A DNA stretch of 61,090 nt from a virus (taxonomy: Duplodnaviria > Caudoviricetes), in the IMG/VR virus record IMGVR_UViG_3300025407_001003, positions 1 to 61,090 of that record, one strand, 5' to 3'. Of this stretch, positions 25,131-36,234 are shown piece by piece. The number at the start of each line of letters is the position of its first letter. The stretch's first letter is position 1. Made by a program: the position numbers and the translations under genes. The notes below the pieces were generated by a model, which saw nothing but the letters and a program-made list of their open reading frames with translations, was not told the origin of the DNA and ran no database searches.

Positions 25131-25294
25131 TGTACTTATGTGTTTGTAATGGGCTAACTGTTGATGATGTAAAGAACCTCATCAAAGAATACCCAGGTCT
25201 TGACATAGAACAGTTGAGAGATCTAGGGGTTGCAGATAACTGTTATAAATGTTATTATGAAGTACAAGAATTGTTAATCAACGAGTCAAAATGA
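25130..25294 (+). CDS. bfd: Bfd-like [2Fe-2S] ferredoxin (54 aa)
   Basis: MYLCVCNGLT...GVADNCYKC matches the CxC...CxxC Bfd pattern; missed by ORF track. Confidence 0.8.
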   Translation: MYLCVCNGLTVDDVKNLIKEYPGLDIEQLRDLGVADNCYKCYYEVQELLINESK

Positions 25295-25683
25295 AGATTA
25301 CAAAAAAACTTCAATCAGAAATGGTCGAATTCAATCGTCTATATCGAAAACCTAATAACGAGCGTCCTCTAACTATCGAAGAATATGCTCGATATGTATA
25401 CGGTAAAGGACTTCCTAGAACTAAAATTGAGCAGTCTAAAAAAAGACTAAAGTCTACGGGCATTCCGACTTGGGCAAATAATCCTTACGACATTCCTAGT
25501 GCGGTTCCCACTGATCATATTGCTGTCAAGAACTCTATTATGGAACGTCTTGATAATGAACCAGAGGAGGTCCGTAAGGAGATTATGGATAAAAAGAATC
25601 GTATTGCGCTTCCGTATAGTAAGGGTGCATATCAATATATTACCGATGCTGACTTAGCAAAATGTTTAGGTAGAAAGTTATAA
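25291..25683 (+). CDS. hypothetical phage protein
   Basis: 130 aa, C-terminal IALPYSKGAYQYIT. Confidence 0.7.
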   Translation: MKITKKLQSEMVEFNRLYRKPNNERPLTIEEYARYVYGKGLPRTKIEQSKKRLKSTGIPTWANNPYDIPSAVPTDHIAVKNSIMERLDNEPEEVRKEIMDKKNRIALPYSKGAYQYITDADLAKCLGRKL

Positions 25684-25709
25684 ATACATTTTTATTTTAT
25701 TTTTCTTTT

Positions 25710-25735
25710 TAGGGCTCATTGAGCCCTATTTTTTT
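25710..25735 (+). terminator. Rho-independent terminator
   Basis: TAGGGCTC-ATT-GAGCCCTA plus T-run. Confidence 0.8.
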
Positions 25736-25794
25736 GGCTATTATATCTCTTCTCGTTTAATAAATACACAATAAAAGAATTATGGAGATAGCAC

Positions 25795-26970
25795 ATGTCG
25801 CTACGAATTAGAAGAGGAACGGATGCTCAGAGAGGCAGCGTAATATTTGATTTAGGTGAACCAGTCTGGACCACCAATTTTGAACAATTATGGGTCGGGG
25901 ATGGTGTAACTAGAGGCGGAATAAGTATTGCACAGGGAATTGCAGGACCGGGACTAGCATACAATGCTACTACTGGTAAGTTAGAAACTTCAAATGCAAC
26001 TTTAACTACAGACGATATTATAGAAGGATCTACTCACAAATACTTTGCAAATTCGTTAGCAGTTACCGCAGTTGCAGCAGCATTTGCAAGTGGAACACAA
26101 ACAGGTATTACTATTTCATATAATAACGGATCGTTAAATGCAATAGTTCCCGGTCATGGCACACTAACTGAGAATCTACAATTAAATTCTTATAGTATTA
26201 CAGGAACAGGTAGTATTAACATTAATGGTAATATAACTTCGAACGCATATTATGGGGACTTATTTAATGCAACTGATAACGTAACCCCGATTACCATGAT
26301 TGCACCGGGTGGAATAATACAAGATACAAGTCGATTAAGTATTACATCTTGTAGTAATTCTCTTAATAGCGATTTTTCTTCTTCTACTGGATTAAGGCTT
26401 TCAACTGCTCGTAATACGATTGCTTCTCCGACTGCTACTACTGCATTGGATTACCTAGGATATATTGGATTCGAAACCTATATCGATTCGGTACACGATT
26501 ATGAATTAGTAAGTTTAATTCAATCTCGAGTTAGTTGGAATACTTCTGGATTATTTGCAAATCCGACGGAAATAGATTTTAGCGTCAGAGGATTGGACGG
26601 ATCGGTTATTACTACCTCAATACTTCACAACGGCATGATCGTTTCGCCGGCTCTTCAAACTAAAGGACTATCTACAACTAACAAAAATGCAATAGTATCG
26701 TCTATCTCACCTACAAATACTAATTCTGATTTGTATGGAACTATTGTTTATGATACAACTCTACAAAGATTACAAGCATTTGACAGTACAGGTTGGAACA
26801 ATGTTTTATTAGCAAATCACCCGTTACAAACTGTAGTATACGCATCGAGTGCTGCTCGAGATTCTGCTCTTCCTACTCCTTCGATCGGTATGATTATATT
26901 TAATACTCAAACTGGTAAATTCGAAGGTAATACTAATGGTACTACAGGCGGGTGGGCAGCATTAAACTAA
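25795..26970 (+). CDS. virion structural / tail-fibre-like protein
   Basis: N-terminal LRIRRGT...GEP...LWVGDGVT.GG module typical of fibre adhesins; Thr/Ser/Gly-rich; GMIIFNT..GKFEG. Confidence 0.7.
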   Translation: MSLRIRRGTDAQRGSVIFDLGEPVWTTNFEQLWVGDGVTRGGISIAQGIAGPGLAYNATTGKLETSNATLTTDDIIEGSTHKYFANSLAVTAVAAAFASGTQTGITISYNNGSLNAIVPGHGTLTENLQLNSYSITGTGSININGNITSNAYYGDLFNATDNVTPITMIAPGGIIQDTSRLSITSCSNSLNSDFSSSTGLRLSTARNTIASPTATTALDYLGYIGFETYIDSVHDYELVSLIQSRVSWNTSGLFANPTEIDFSVRGLDGSVITTSILHNGMIVSPALQTKGLSTTNKNAIVSSISPTNTNSDLYGTIVYDTTLQRLQAFDSTGWNNVLLANHPLQTVVYASSAARDSALPTPSIGMIIFNTQTGKFEGNTNGTTGGWAALN

Positions 26971-27569
26971 TATTTAAAATATTCGATATCTTGCTCAAAA
27001 ATCTTAGAAATTAATTTGATACTACGATCATTAAAATATTTTTTATATTCATAATGATCGTAGCCACTTATATCGGGTAATGTTGAATAGTTATTAAGAT
27101 ATTCGTTCACTATTTTAAAGTCGTTTTCTAAATTTTCAACTTTTAAAATAAAATCTACCCAATTGTTATCGTAATTTAAAAAATCAATCTGGTTAGTAAA
27201 CCGATTAAACCATCTTGGAAAATTAAATACAACTTCTGGATTACAGTAATCTTCGACCCATTCATTAATTGGTTTTAAATCCATTAGAACTTGTCCGTTC
27301 CAATCTAACCAATAGCCTTCGTCATTGATTTTTCGATAAAAACTAAAAAGTCTTTGCCACGGATTTCTAACAACAGTTAAAGTTTTTCCTGTAGGGATTT
27401 TCTCTCGAACCATTTGTAAATTTGGGTGATCTAGCATCCAATCTTCGTGATCATTGACGGTATAATGTATTTTAAACCAATCAGAAATAATCTTTTTCAT
27501 AGCCATTCCTGTACGGGGAACATGTATGTATGATAATTCTATTGGTTCTTTAATGTGAAATGTGCCCAC
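26967..27569 (-). CDS. sulfotransferase family 2-like protein
   Basis: YIHVPRTG (5'-PSB) and VVRNPWQRLFSFY (3'-PB). Confidence 0.8.
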   Translation of the reverse strand: MGTFHIKEPIELSYIHVPRTGMAMKKIISDWFKIHYTVNDHEDWMLDHPNLQMVREKIPTGKTLTVVRNPWQRLFSFYRKINDEGYWLDWNGQVLMDLKPINEWVEDYCNPEVVFNFPRWFNRFTNQIDFLNYDNNWVDFILKVENLENDFKIVNEYLNNYSTLPDISGYDHYEYKKYFNDRSIKLISKIFEQDIEYFKY

Positions 27570-27612
27570 AAAATATTTATTGATTGAATAAAAATAGATA
27601 AATTAATGTGAT

Positions 27613-28353
27613 ATGATAGATTATTTGACACAACAATTCTATGAAAAAAATAAAGAATTAAATTGGATCCCACCTCCAGTTCCGACTAATATCACTTCTG
27701 ATAAAGATGTCGCAACTTGGATTACACAAAACAATGATATCGGATGGGTTGAACTAGATATAAAAATTGCTTTAGATATATGGAAGGAAGAATCTAAACA
27801 AGCATCTAAATACTTTGTAGATCATCGAGGACAAGAGCATCCAGGATGGAATAGTTGTTGCATTCATGGTATAGATATTGATAAGACAGGATCTTGGACA
27901 AATTACGGATATGACTCCGAATCAGAAGTACGGTATAAATGGACTGATTTAGCATATAGAGTTCCAGTTATTACTAATTTTTGGAAGAATATATTTCCAT
28001 CTGAAACTTATAGAAGAATTAGATTCATGGAATTAGAACCTAATGGCTATATTGCTCCGCATAGTGATATGCCTGAATATACAGATATTAGTGTCATCGA
28101 TCATGGAATTCCTGTTAATATTGCTATTACTCATCCCGAAGATTGTTACATGGTAATAGAAGGGTGTGGAATAGTTCCGTGGAAAGAAGGTAAGGTTATG
28201 ATGTTAAATATCCGTAAATATCATTCGGTTATCAATTTTAGTAACTCTTCGAGAATACACATGATAGGGCACGGCACATATGGAAAATATACAAATAAAT
28301 TTTGCGAACTAATTGCAAGAAGTTATCGTAAACAATATGAAAATTATACTTAA
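27613..28353 (+). CDS. AspH-like 2OG-Fe(II) oxygenase
   Basis: LEPNGYIAPHSD...HSVIN...RIHMI. Confidence 0.8.
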   Translation: MIDYLTQQFYEKNKELNWIPPPVPTNITSDKDVATWITQNNDIGWVELDIKIALDIWKEESKQASKYFVDHRGQEHPGWNSCCIHGIDIDKTGSWTNYGYDSESEVRYKWTDLAYRVPVITNFWKNIFPSETYRRIRFMELEPNGYIAPHSDMPEYTDISVIDHGIPVNIAITHPEDCYMVIEGCGIVPWKEGKVMMLNIRKYHSVINFSNSSRIHMIGHGTYGKYTNKFCELIARSYRKQYENYT

Positions 28354-30172
28354 TAAACTTAGAGATAATCTAGCACAGTTAACATTTGATATAGAGTATT
28401 CTTATCAGATTCTATTAACTGAATTTAAAAATGAGCATTGGATCGATCATGGTGAATATATCGGTAAACACGGCCCAACTATTCCGCATCGACATATTTT
28501 AGTAGATCCAAAGAGTCAAATCTTACATAAAATTCTTAAGTTTATTGAATCAGATGACTGTAAACAGAATTTATTAACTGAAATGTTTAAAGTGTTTCCT
28601 TGTATAGAAAAAGAATGGATGAGGAAATTAGACAACAACACATCGAACTTTATGATCAAAGGATATTTTATGAAAGATACTCCGGGATACGAGTTTGATG
28701 TACATATCGATACTCCTGTATATGATACATTATCTATAATATATTTTACCGAAACCGACGATCCTGCCGTAGCTACAACTTTTTACACCGATAAATTCTT
28801 ATCAAATCCTATAAGGATGAATACGGATTTTTGTAACGGAGTTGTACATATTAACACAAGAGATTCGTGGCATTCTGCATATAATCGATCTAACCTTGAT
28901 CGATATATTCTTCTTATAACTATGAAACTACCGTTAACAAAACATGTTATTACTTATAATGCACCAAATGACAATGAACTAGATTCGTCGATAGTATACT
29001 GTGTCGTCGATAACACTAGTAAATGCAGATCGGATTGGATAAGAGAGATTGTAAAAAATCAAGCGGATTATACCGTGAATAACATAACAGCTAAAGGGTA
29101 TACAGTATTACAAGGAACCGATGAAGATACGTTAATCGAATATGCATCAGAATATTACGATCATGCAGTAATTTTTAAAACCGGAACAGAATTTATCAAC
29201 GGTGATGATTTTTTTAATCATATCGAGGATATTTCCAAAAATAACATAGCATTAGCTGGGCATATTTTGGATCATGATATTGGCTATTACGAATTACACG
29301 ATCAATGTTATTATATTAATTTAAATATTTGGAAACAATCTAATAATCCTAAAATAGGACAGCTTGAGTTCGATATCACTCATACTAAAACTGAACCCTT
29401 ACGAAGCGAGGAAAACTTCCATGACGATTACACACCGTTATGGATTAAATCAGGAAATACCTTAAGAACATATCAGCATCAAGCACATGGGTGGAATATC
29501 TTATCACATTATTTAAATCTTGGTCATACTATTAGTGTTTTTAACGAAAAAATTAGATCGAGTAAAATCTATCTGTATCCAGAGGATTTTACTGATTTTC
29601 ACAAAAATTGTTCGTTTTTATATAAACGTCAACATATTTGTTTAACTGAATTCGTACACACCTCGACTACTGATCATTACACATATAACGGACCAAAAAT
29701 TAAACAACTAATAACACCTGCAAGTGGTTCTTTATTTGAAAATTTTTGTGACGATGATGTAAAAATTGTAATGTATGATTATAACTTAAAATCATTAGAC
29801 TATTGGAAAAATATACCTACATTAGATAGCAATTATACATATGAATTTACGCATATCGACCTACTAGCCGATGATATCATATGGAAAGATATATTAGATA
29901 CTTCTTTAGAAGAAAACACGCTAATTAATTTAACAAATATTTTTGCGTACGAAGCAACGGCGCCGTTTGCAAGTTTACATTATCGGATGTATAGGGAAAA
30001 TAAAATAATTCAAGATCTAAAAGAATTAATTCCTAACGGCAGAATACTGTTTAGTCGTAGATCGTGGCAAGGATATAAACCTTATTCTAAAAATAGTTTA
30101 AGTTGCAAAATTAAAGATTGTGAAATTGTTCAATTTAAAGATTTAAATCTTCCAACATGGCATATTAATTAA
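28337..30172 (+). CDS. fusion: N-terminal 2OG-Fe(II) domain plus uncharacterised C-terminal region
   Basis: PGYEFDVHID...WHSAYN...R in first ~200 aa. Confidence 0.6.
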   Translation: MKIILNKLRDNLAQLTFDIEYSYQILLTEFKNEHWIDHGEYIGKHGPTIPHRHILVDPKSQILHKILKFIESDDCKQNLLTEMFKVFPCIEKEWMRKLDNNTSNFMIKGYFMKDTPGYEFDVHIDTPVYDTLSIIYFTETDDPAVATTFYTDKFLSNPIRMNTDFCNGVVHINTRDSWHSAYNRSNLDRYILLITMKLPLTKHVITYNAPNDNELDSSIVYCVVDNTSKCRSDWIREIVKNQADYTVNNITAKGYTVLQGTDEDTLIEYASEYYDHAVIFKTGTEFINGDDFFNHIEDISKNNIALAGHILDHDIGYYELHDQCYYINLNIWKQSNNPKIGQLEFDITHTKTEPLRSEENFHDDYTPLWIKSGNTLRTYQHQAHGWNILSHYLNLGHTISVFNEKIRSSKIYLYPEDFTDFHKNCSFLYKRQHICLTEFVHTSTTDHYTYNGPKIKQLITPASGSLFENFCDDDVKIVMYDYNLKSLDYWKNIPTLDSNYTYEFTHIDLLADDIIWKDILDTSLEENTLINLTNIFAYEATAPFASLHYRMYRENKIIQDLKELIPNGRILFSRRSWQGYKPYSKNSLSCKIKDCEIVQFKDLNLPTWHIN

Positions 30173-30941
30173 TTTTAAGTATCTTAATTGCTAACCCGAT
30201 TAGATCCCATTCCCACCATTTTTCTTGTAAATTATACTTGTTAGGTTTAGCATGGTGATTATTATGCCATCCTTCTCCTAGCGTTATAAGATTTGCGATC
30301 CAACTATTAGTACTATGATCTCTAGTTGTATGATTTCTATAACCGTGCGAATGTCCCAACACGTTAACTAATCCGATAGAATGTAATGTTAGCGCCGCCG
30401 GTAAAAAATAAGCAAATAAAGGCAATAACGGGTGAATTAAAAACAACAGATATATTCCTGTGAACAGTATTCTAAAATAATTGTTTAATATAAATTTATG
30501 TATGGGCTTTTTTAGCAAATCTTTGACAAACTTTAATGGAATATTTGGAATATGCCATCCGATACCAGACCATGCAATGATTGCTTGTGTTAAACTAAAT
30601 TTTCCAGTCTTTGGGCTATATGGCGTATGTGGATCTGTAGGTTCATCTGAATGTACGTGGTGATACCGATGTAATCCTACCCATGCGATTGTTGTTCCAA
30701 CCGTGGAAAAAACTGTAATAAGAGATAATGTAGTTTCAACACAATCGTATGTTTTAAACGACCGATGAGTTAATAAACGATGTAATGTTAATCCTGTACT
30801 AATCGGGGATAACAATATATACATCGGAAGGGAAATATATAACCAAAAATATTCATGCGTATTGATAACATAATATACTGAATATATACCGATAAATTGA
30901 CAAATTATTTGCCAACTTCTAATTTTAAAATTGAAACTCAT
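30165..30941 (-). CDS. membrane fatty-acid desaturase (delta-9-like)
   Basis: His boxes HRLLTH, HRYHH, GEGWHNNHH. Confidence 0.92.
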   Translation of the reverse strand: MSFNFKIRSWQIICQFIGIYSVYYVINTHEYFWLYISLPMYILLSPISTGLTLHRLLTHRSFKTYDCVETTLSLITVFSTVGTTIAWVGLHRYHHVHSDEPTDPHTPYSPKTGKFSLTQAIIAWSGIGWHIPNIPLKFVKDLLKKPIHKFILNNYFRILFTGIYLLFLIHPLLPLFAYFLPAALTLHSIGLVNVLGHSHGYRNHTTRDHSTNSWIANLITLGEGWHNNHHAKPNKYNLQEKWWEWDLIGLAIKILKIN

Positions 30942-31543
30942 TAGTTACCTACCGGAAGTTGGCTCCATTCTTCGTGTGTAATTGTGGGCATTGATAATGG
31001 ACCGCAATATACGAAATTTTGCCAGCATTTTTGTACAGGAACATTCTTAGTTTGAATATATCCATCACCGGGAATCCATAATCCGTTACTCGCCTTATCC
31101 ATAGTAGATTTCCATACTTCCCACCAACCTTTTGTTGATCTGTTGTATCTATTTTGCATAGTTATAAGATAACAGTCATAGTTATTAACTTCCATAAGAG
31201 GATAAATTAGATATTTGTGTAAAATTTGAAATCCTAATAACAGGCAAGATCTATCTCTAGAACGAAACTTCGGAAATGTGAATGTTCTATTAATCATCCT
31301 TGCGGTATTTTCCGGATATGACGGATCACGATATACTCCTCCCATAACAATAGGTTCTCCGGTACTTGTTTTATATGCTACTCCAAAACCTGTGTGATCT
31401 TCTACAATAAGAGAATTTTCAAGATAATTTTTTCTAAGCCAATTATCTTCCGATAAACACTCATCTCGAACTTTCTTAAAAGCCGGAGTTTCGGTATAAT
31501 AAATTTCATAATGACAGTCATCTAAACTAAATGGATATCGCAT
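30941..31543 (-). CDS. hypothetical protein
   Basis: 200 aa, coupled to desaturase, GGAGG SD. Confidence 0.7.
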   Translation of the reverse strand: MRYPFSLDDCHYEIYYTETPAFKKVRDECLSEDNWLRKNYLENSLIVEDHTGFGVAYKTSTGEPIVMGGVYRDPSYPENTARMINRTFTFPKFRSRDRSCLLLGFQILHKYLIYPLMEVNNYDCYLITMQNRYNRSTKGWWEVWKSTMDKASNGLWIPGDGYIQTKNVPVQKCWQNFVYCGPLSMPTITHEEWSQLPVGN

Positions 31544-31599
31544 CTCTACCTCCCAAGACAGTACTTAACTAAATATTTTTTTAGTATGATTATTTTCGA

Positions 31600-32223
31600 A
31601 TGACGTGGATTATTAAAACATTAAACTTTACTATCGATCTAGATGAACTACATCGGTATCATCAATTTTTAACGGAAAATCATGAGAATCTAAAATGGAC
31701 ATTTGAGAAATGTAAGCAAGATCTTACAGAAGAATGGTATAATAAAATTATTTCAAATCCTGGCGCCGAAAAGGGATATGGATGGGCATTACAAAGTAAT
31801 TTAGTAGAAGAGGATATTCCTTGTACTCCTTATAATGTAAGCACTCGAGATCGACTTACCTATTATCGAAATACTAAAATGATTACTGGTATAGTTTCTC
31901 GATTACAAGACAGGATCCCATATGCGCAGCGATGGTCGCTTTTTATTCAACCTCCAGGTGGACATGTTCCATTGCATACTGATCAAGAAGACGAATACAC
32001 AATACATATTCCGCTTCAATGGGAAAAAGAAACAGTATTTGAGTTTGTATCAAACAATATTATTAAATCAATAACTATGCCAGCTACTGGGAAGTCATAC
32101 ATACTTGATACCACTATCCCACATGCAACCTATAATAGATCATCGAAAGATAGAATCGGATTAATTTTTCGTATCAATCATTCTCATCTCAATGATCTAA
32201 TTAGTGTAACTGGATTGATATAA
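31600..32223 (+). CDS. AspH-like 2OG-Fe(II) oxygenase
   Basis: QPPGGHVPLHTD...HATYN...R. Confidence 0.8.
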   Translation: MTWIIKTLNFTIDLDELHRYHQFLTENHENLKWTFEKCKQDLTEEWYNKIISNPGAEKGYGWALQSNLVEEDIPCTPYNVSTRDRLTYYRNTKMITGIVSRLQDRIPYAQRWSLFIQPPGGHVPLHTDQEDEYTIHIPLQWEKETVFEFVSNNIIKSITMPATGKSYILDTTIPHATYNRSSKDRIGLIFRINHSHLNDLISVTGLI

Positions 32224-32858
32224 TGAATTTTCCTGAATTATATAAAAAGTTTAATTGCACAGTTAATTTAGAAGAACTGAGAAATTACTATCAAATAGTA
32301 ACCGATCAATTTGAACATCTTCGATGGAGTTGGTATAAAAATCGACATGAGGTAGAAGTTGGATGGCAAGAAAAATTAAAAGAATATTCCCACTTTGAAT
32401 ATCATACCGGATGGGCTATACAAAGCAATATTATAGATAAAACTAAAATTTGTCCTCCATTTAATATTAGTAATTACTCCACTGGAGATTACTATAATAC
32501 AGAACTTGTATTTGGTGTAGTTGATAGACTTTGTAAAGCCTTTCCATTTGCGTATCGGTGGTCATTAGTGGTACAACCACCCGGTGGTTGTGTCCCTAGA
32601 CATAATGATGGTACTATCGAATATACGTGCCATATTCCAATTTATTGGCCAAAAGGAGCAGTATTCGAATGCAGTTATCCATCAAATAATTCTTCTATTA
32701 CTAATTTAGAACTTCCGGCTACTGGAGAAATTTATTGGTTTAATACCGAAGTAGATCATTTTACTATGAATTATTCAACTGAACCTAGAGTTAATATTAT
32801 GTTTAGATGTAAAAAAGATAATATACCAGACTTATTCAAAGTAACGGGCGAAATTTAA
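32223..32858 (+). CDS. AspH-like 2OG-Fe(II) oxygenase, paralog of 31600
   Basis: GWAIQSN, RWSL.QPPGG..PRHND...HFTMN...R. Confidence 0.8.
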   Translation: MNFPELYKKFNCTVNLEELRNYYQIVTDQFEHLRWSWYKNRHEVEVGWQEKLKEYSHFEYHTGWAIQSNIIDKTKICPPFNISNYSTGDYYNTELVFGVVDRLCKAFPFAYRWSLVVQPPGGCVPRHNDGTIEYTCHIPIYWPKGAVFECSYPSNNSSITNLELPATGEIYWFNTEVDHFTMNYSTEPRVNIMFRCKKDNIPDLFKVTGEI

Positions 32859-33520
32859 TGAAAAATAAAAAAATTGTATATACTCCTATTGACATAGAAT
32901 TTGATATGCCTTCTGAGAATGCACTGATCGAGTGGTTTGAAAATAATAAAGTATTAGACACCGATTACTGGGAATATACTGAGAACAGGCATACTTGGTG
33001 CTTTATAGCAATGCGACATATGCCGTCGGACTGGCGAAGATTTAACGCATGGAGAGAATGGTTTAACGAACGAGTAGCATCTAACTCGACTGACTTATTT
33101 TTTGCACCCGGATTTGAAGAACTGTTTCCATCTCTTGCAAATGCTATTCGACAATTGCCGTTTAAGGAAATAGGGGCATCTGGGATGTTAATGCAAATGG
33201 GAGCAGTACCGCCTCATAGAGATACATATGATCCGGACCAACCGCAAGAACCCCGGAGATATATAATTTATATAACAAATCCATCAGATTCGACGTTTTA
33301 TATTCAACACGGCGATGTTAAAATCTATCCACAAATTGATGAAAAATATAGATGCTTTGCTTTTAATAATACTGATGTGCTGCATGGTGCAGATCCGACA
33401 TTTAAAACTAAAATTATTCTATCTACCGCAGGGATTATCGATCAAAAAAAACATAACGAATTATTATCACGAAGTATAAAGAAATTTTCTAATAAGGTGA
33501 TTTACATAGATGACATTTGA
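32858..33520 (+). CDS. 2OG-Fe(II)-like oxygenase
   Basis: VPPHRD...FAFNN...LHGA. Confidence 0.65.
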   Translation: MKNKKIVYTPIDIEFDMPSENALIEWFENNKVLDTDYWEYTENRHTWCFIAMRHMPSDWRRFNAWREWFNERVASNSTDLFFAPGFEELFPSLANAIRQLPFKEIGASGMLMQMGAVPPHRDTYDPDQPQEPRRYIIYITNPSDSTFYIQHGDVKIYPQIDEKYRCFAFNNTDVLHGADPTFKTKIILSTAGIIDQKKHNELLSRSIKKFSNKVIYIDDI

Positions 33521-34190
33521 ATATTATTATAACGATGTTCCGGGAAAAGGGTTATGTAGGAATAATCTAATTTATACCAGTTTAATATCAACAGATAAAA
33601 AGGTATTTTGCCAGTGGTACCATAATGACACAGTATATCATCAAGGACAAAATGAAGTAGTAGATCCTGCGATTATGGACGAAAAATGGAATAGAGAAGT
33701 ACAATTTTTAACAACTATGACATCTGAGTTTATTCCAAAAATTTTAGATATAAACGACCGAGAAAAAAAGATATATTTGTCTATCGACGGAGTAGATTTT
33801 TGGCAGCGTAGTTTAAACAATAGTAGTTATAACGAAGTATTGCCCGATTGGCAAGAACAAATGCTAACCATTATTAAAGAATATCGTCGGTTAGGTTGGT
33901 ACAAATACAGTATGCACCCTAGTAGTTATTTTATAGTAGATGGGAGATTAAAAAGTATCAATTACTTTTTTACATATCAAGAAGGAGAACCGTTAATTAG
34001 CATTAAAGATGTTGAAAGTCATATATATTCTACGCGCCAAGAGGAACTTAAAAAATATACCGAACGCATGGGTATATCGTGGTCTGAACCTCAATCGTTT
34101 ACAAAATTACAACATCTATGCTTTGAAAGTTTTAGAAAAAACTATCCTAACGATTTTATAAATAAAGCCCGAGAGATTTATAATGATTAA
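33510..34190 (+). CDS. hypothetical protein, possibly degenerate kinase-like fold
   Basis: NREVQFL...IPKILD...SMHPSSYFI...LKSINYF loosely follows kinase motif order. Confidence 0.5.
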   Translation: MTFEYYYNDVPGKGLCRNNLIYTSLISTDKKVFCQWYHNDTVYHQGQNEVVDPAIMDEKWNREVQFLTTMTSEFIPKILDINDREKKIYLSIDGVDFWQRSLNNSSYNEVLPDWQEQMLTIIKEYRRLGWYKYSMHPSSYFIVDGRLKSINYFFTYQEGEPLISIKDVESHIYSTRQEELKKYTERMGISWSEPQSFTKLQHLCFESFRKNYPNDFINKAREIYND

Positions 34191-34989
34191 AGGTATTAAT
34201 AATCATCCGTATATTGACATGTCGCAGCATATCGATATGCAAAGATTTGATGAATTGCAACCTGAAATAATTCGAGGATTTGCAGATGCGAGAGAATTTG
34301 CTAAAGAAGGAACTTGGATGACTCCTGCATTTAAGCTCGAAGATATGAGTTACATTCCTAATTGGAAGCCGATTTACAGAGCTATTGAAGAGTTCTTAGC
34401 ATTACCCGACAACGATCCCATTAAAAAAGGTGGAATCGACTTATACAGAGATTTTGAAGATTTCCGTGTACGTAATAGATTTACCCGATATATTAAAATG
34501 GCTATGGGAGCATATGATCCTTACATCTATTATTTCTTATGGGAACAAGGAAGTTGGGACGATCGAACTTCGGCCCGTAATTTAACGCCGGAAGCAGAAT
34601 TCTTTCCGGGAGTAGTTAAATGGGTTGAAGAAATGATTACCGATAACATTTTTGATCATATTGGGAGGGTAATTTTCTTTCATCGGGAAGCAGATGGAAT
34701 ACAATTTGAACACCGAGATTTAGATGGAACTAAAGGCATCCAAGATGGTTATACTCCTCATCGAAATGAATTCATTCATATACGCCCTAATTTAAAATCC
34801 CCTTTTTATTTGTGGGATCCAGAACAAAAAAATAAGGTTTATATTAATACTCGTGCAGCATGGTGGAACGATCAAGACTGGCATGGAGGCAACAGTATCA
34901 TGGAACAAAGTTATGGATTACGTATCGACGGCCAATTTTCTGAACAATTTAGAACACAACTAGGACTACAGCATTTAGATAGTTATTGA
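34183..34989 (+). CDS. 2OG-Fe(II)-like oxygenase
   Basis: FEHRD...WNDQDWHG...LRIDG. Confidence 0.6.
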   Translation: MIKGINNHPYIDMSQHIDMQRFDELQPEIIRGFADAREFAKEGTWMTPAFKLEDMSYIPNWKPIYRAIEEFLALPDNDPIKKGGIDLYRDFEDFRVRNRFTRYIKMAMGAYDPYIYYFLWEQGSWDDRTSARNLTPEAEFFPGVVKWVEEMITDNIFDHIGRVIFFHREADGIQFEHRDLDGTKGIQDGYTPHRNEFIHIRPNLKSPFYLWDPEQKNKVYINTRAAWWNDQDWHGGNSIMEQSYGLRIDGQFSEQFRTQLGLQHLDSY

Positions 34990-35534
34990 TATCCCGTGAA
35001 GGTGAACAGATATTTAGATGTATACCCGGCATTTGAACCGGCATGCCATGTGTCTAGAGCCGGGTATTGATAAACAGATCCTTGGGACTCATAATAAAAG
35101 CATTCTTTCTCGACCATAAACACATGCCCTGGTTGAGGAGGCGTTATAAAGCAGAAAAATCTAACTAACTTTCCCTTCTTTTCCCATTCGTGTTGCCATG
35201 GATTAATATCCCAATGCCATGGAACACATTTTCCTGGTCTAACTTCACTAATCCAAGTCATTAATGGAGTTGCATTTACAAATTCTCCAAATTTAGTTTC
35301 AACTGCCTGATCAAAATGTGTTCCTGCATTATAGTGTCGATATTCTAATGAATCACCGGCTGCATACCCCGATTCTATAATAAGTTTTTTTTGATGTAAA
35401 TGATCTTCGTAAAATAAATCACCAGGTTGTAAATCCATGTTACTATGAAAGGGCGGTACATCATGTTGTTTAATCTGATCTATGACAAGGTTCCAGTTAA
35501 TTAACGTAGAACAGTTTCCTATGTATAATTTCAT
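34983..35534 (-). CDS. 2OG-Fe(II)-like oxygenase
   Basis: PGKCVPWHWD...WHAGSNAG. Confidence 0.7.
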   Translation of the reverse strand: MKLYIGNCSTLINWNLVIDQIKQHDVPPFHSNMDLQPGDLFYEDHLHQKKLIIESGYAAGDSLEYRHYNAGTHFDQAVETKFGEFVNATPLMTWISEVRPGKCVPWHWDINPWQHEWEKKGKLVRFFCFITPPQPGHVFMVEKECFYYESQGSVYQYPALDTWHAGSNAGYTSKYLFTFTGYQ

Positions 35535-36196
35535 AAAATAATAAACTCAGACGGCATAATATCTTCTAGTTCACTATAAAATTCTGCCTCCATTGTAAAA
35601 GAAACTATACCATTCTTATAATCAAAATTATTAATAATTCGTCGTTTATTTGCTCGATTTATCCATGGACTAATCTTTTCATCAAATAAAAACCTTCGAT
35701 CGTCAATACTTAAAGACGGAGCATCGATTCGAACATTAATAGGATTATTACAGTTAGCCCAAAATAATCGTTGACGAATCACTAGTTGTATTCTATATAA
35801 ATTTCCAAAATTTGCAGCACTATGTTTCCAACCAGCATCCATGATATACCACACGCCGTCTCGATAAACTGGATACATTTTTTCATCTTGTAAATTTATT
35901 AAGTAAGATTTATTACCTGCTAAATTTAAGTGATACCGGTCATCTATATCGGCATGACTAATATAGCATTTTCCTCCCTCTAATACAATTAATCTAGCTT
36001 CTCCTTTATCTTCGGGCATTGAATTATAAATCTTTTCCCATATTGTTCCTTTAAATTCTTCTTTAAGAATCCAAGGGTCATAAAAGAAATTACCCGTCGG
36101 ACGATTTAATGTATAACGTAATTCATTTGAGGGTAACTCATCTAATGCTTGATCTATATCTGCCATGGATACTGTATATGGGGTTTTTGAAATCAT
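35531..36196 (-). CDS. AspH-like oxygenase
   Basis: CYISHADIDDRYHL...HSAANFG...R. Confidence 0.7.
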   Translation of the reverse strand: MISKTPYTVSMADIDQALDELPSNELRYTLNRPTGNFFYDPWILKEEFKGTIWEKIYNSMPEDKGEARLIVLEGGKCYISHADIDDRYHLNLAGNKSYLINLQDEKMYPVYRDGVWYIMDAGWKHSAANFGNLYRIQLVIRQRLFWANCNNPINVRIDAPSLSIDDRRFLFDEKISPWINRANKRRIINNFDYKNGIVSFTMEAEFYSELEDIMPSEFIIL

Positions 36197-36234
36197 AAAA
36201 TATTTATGAGTGATTGTTAATCAGTAAATAACTC

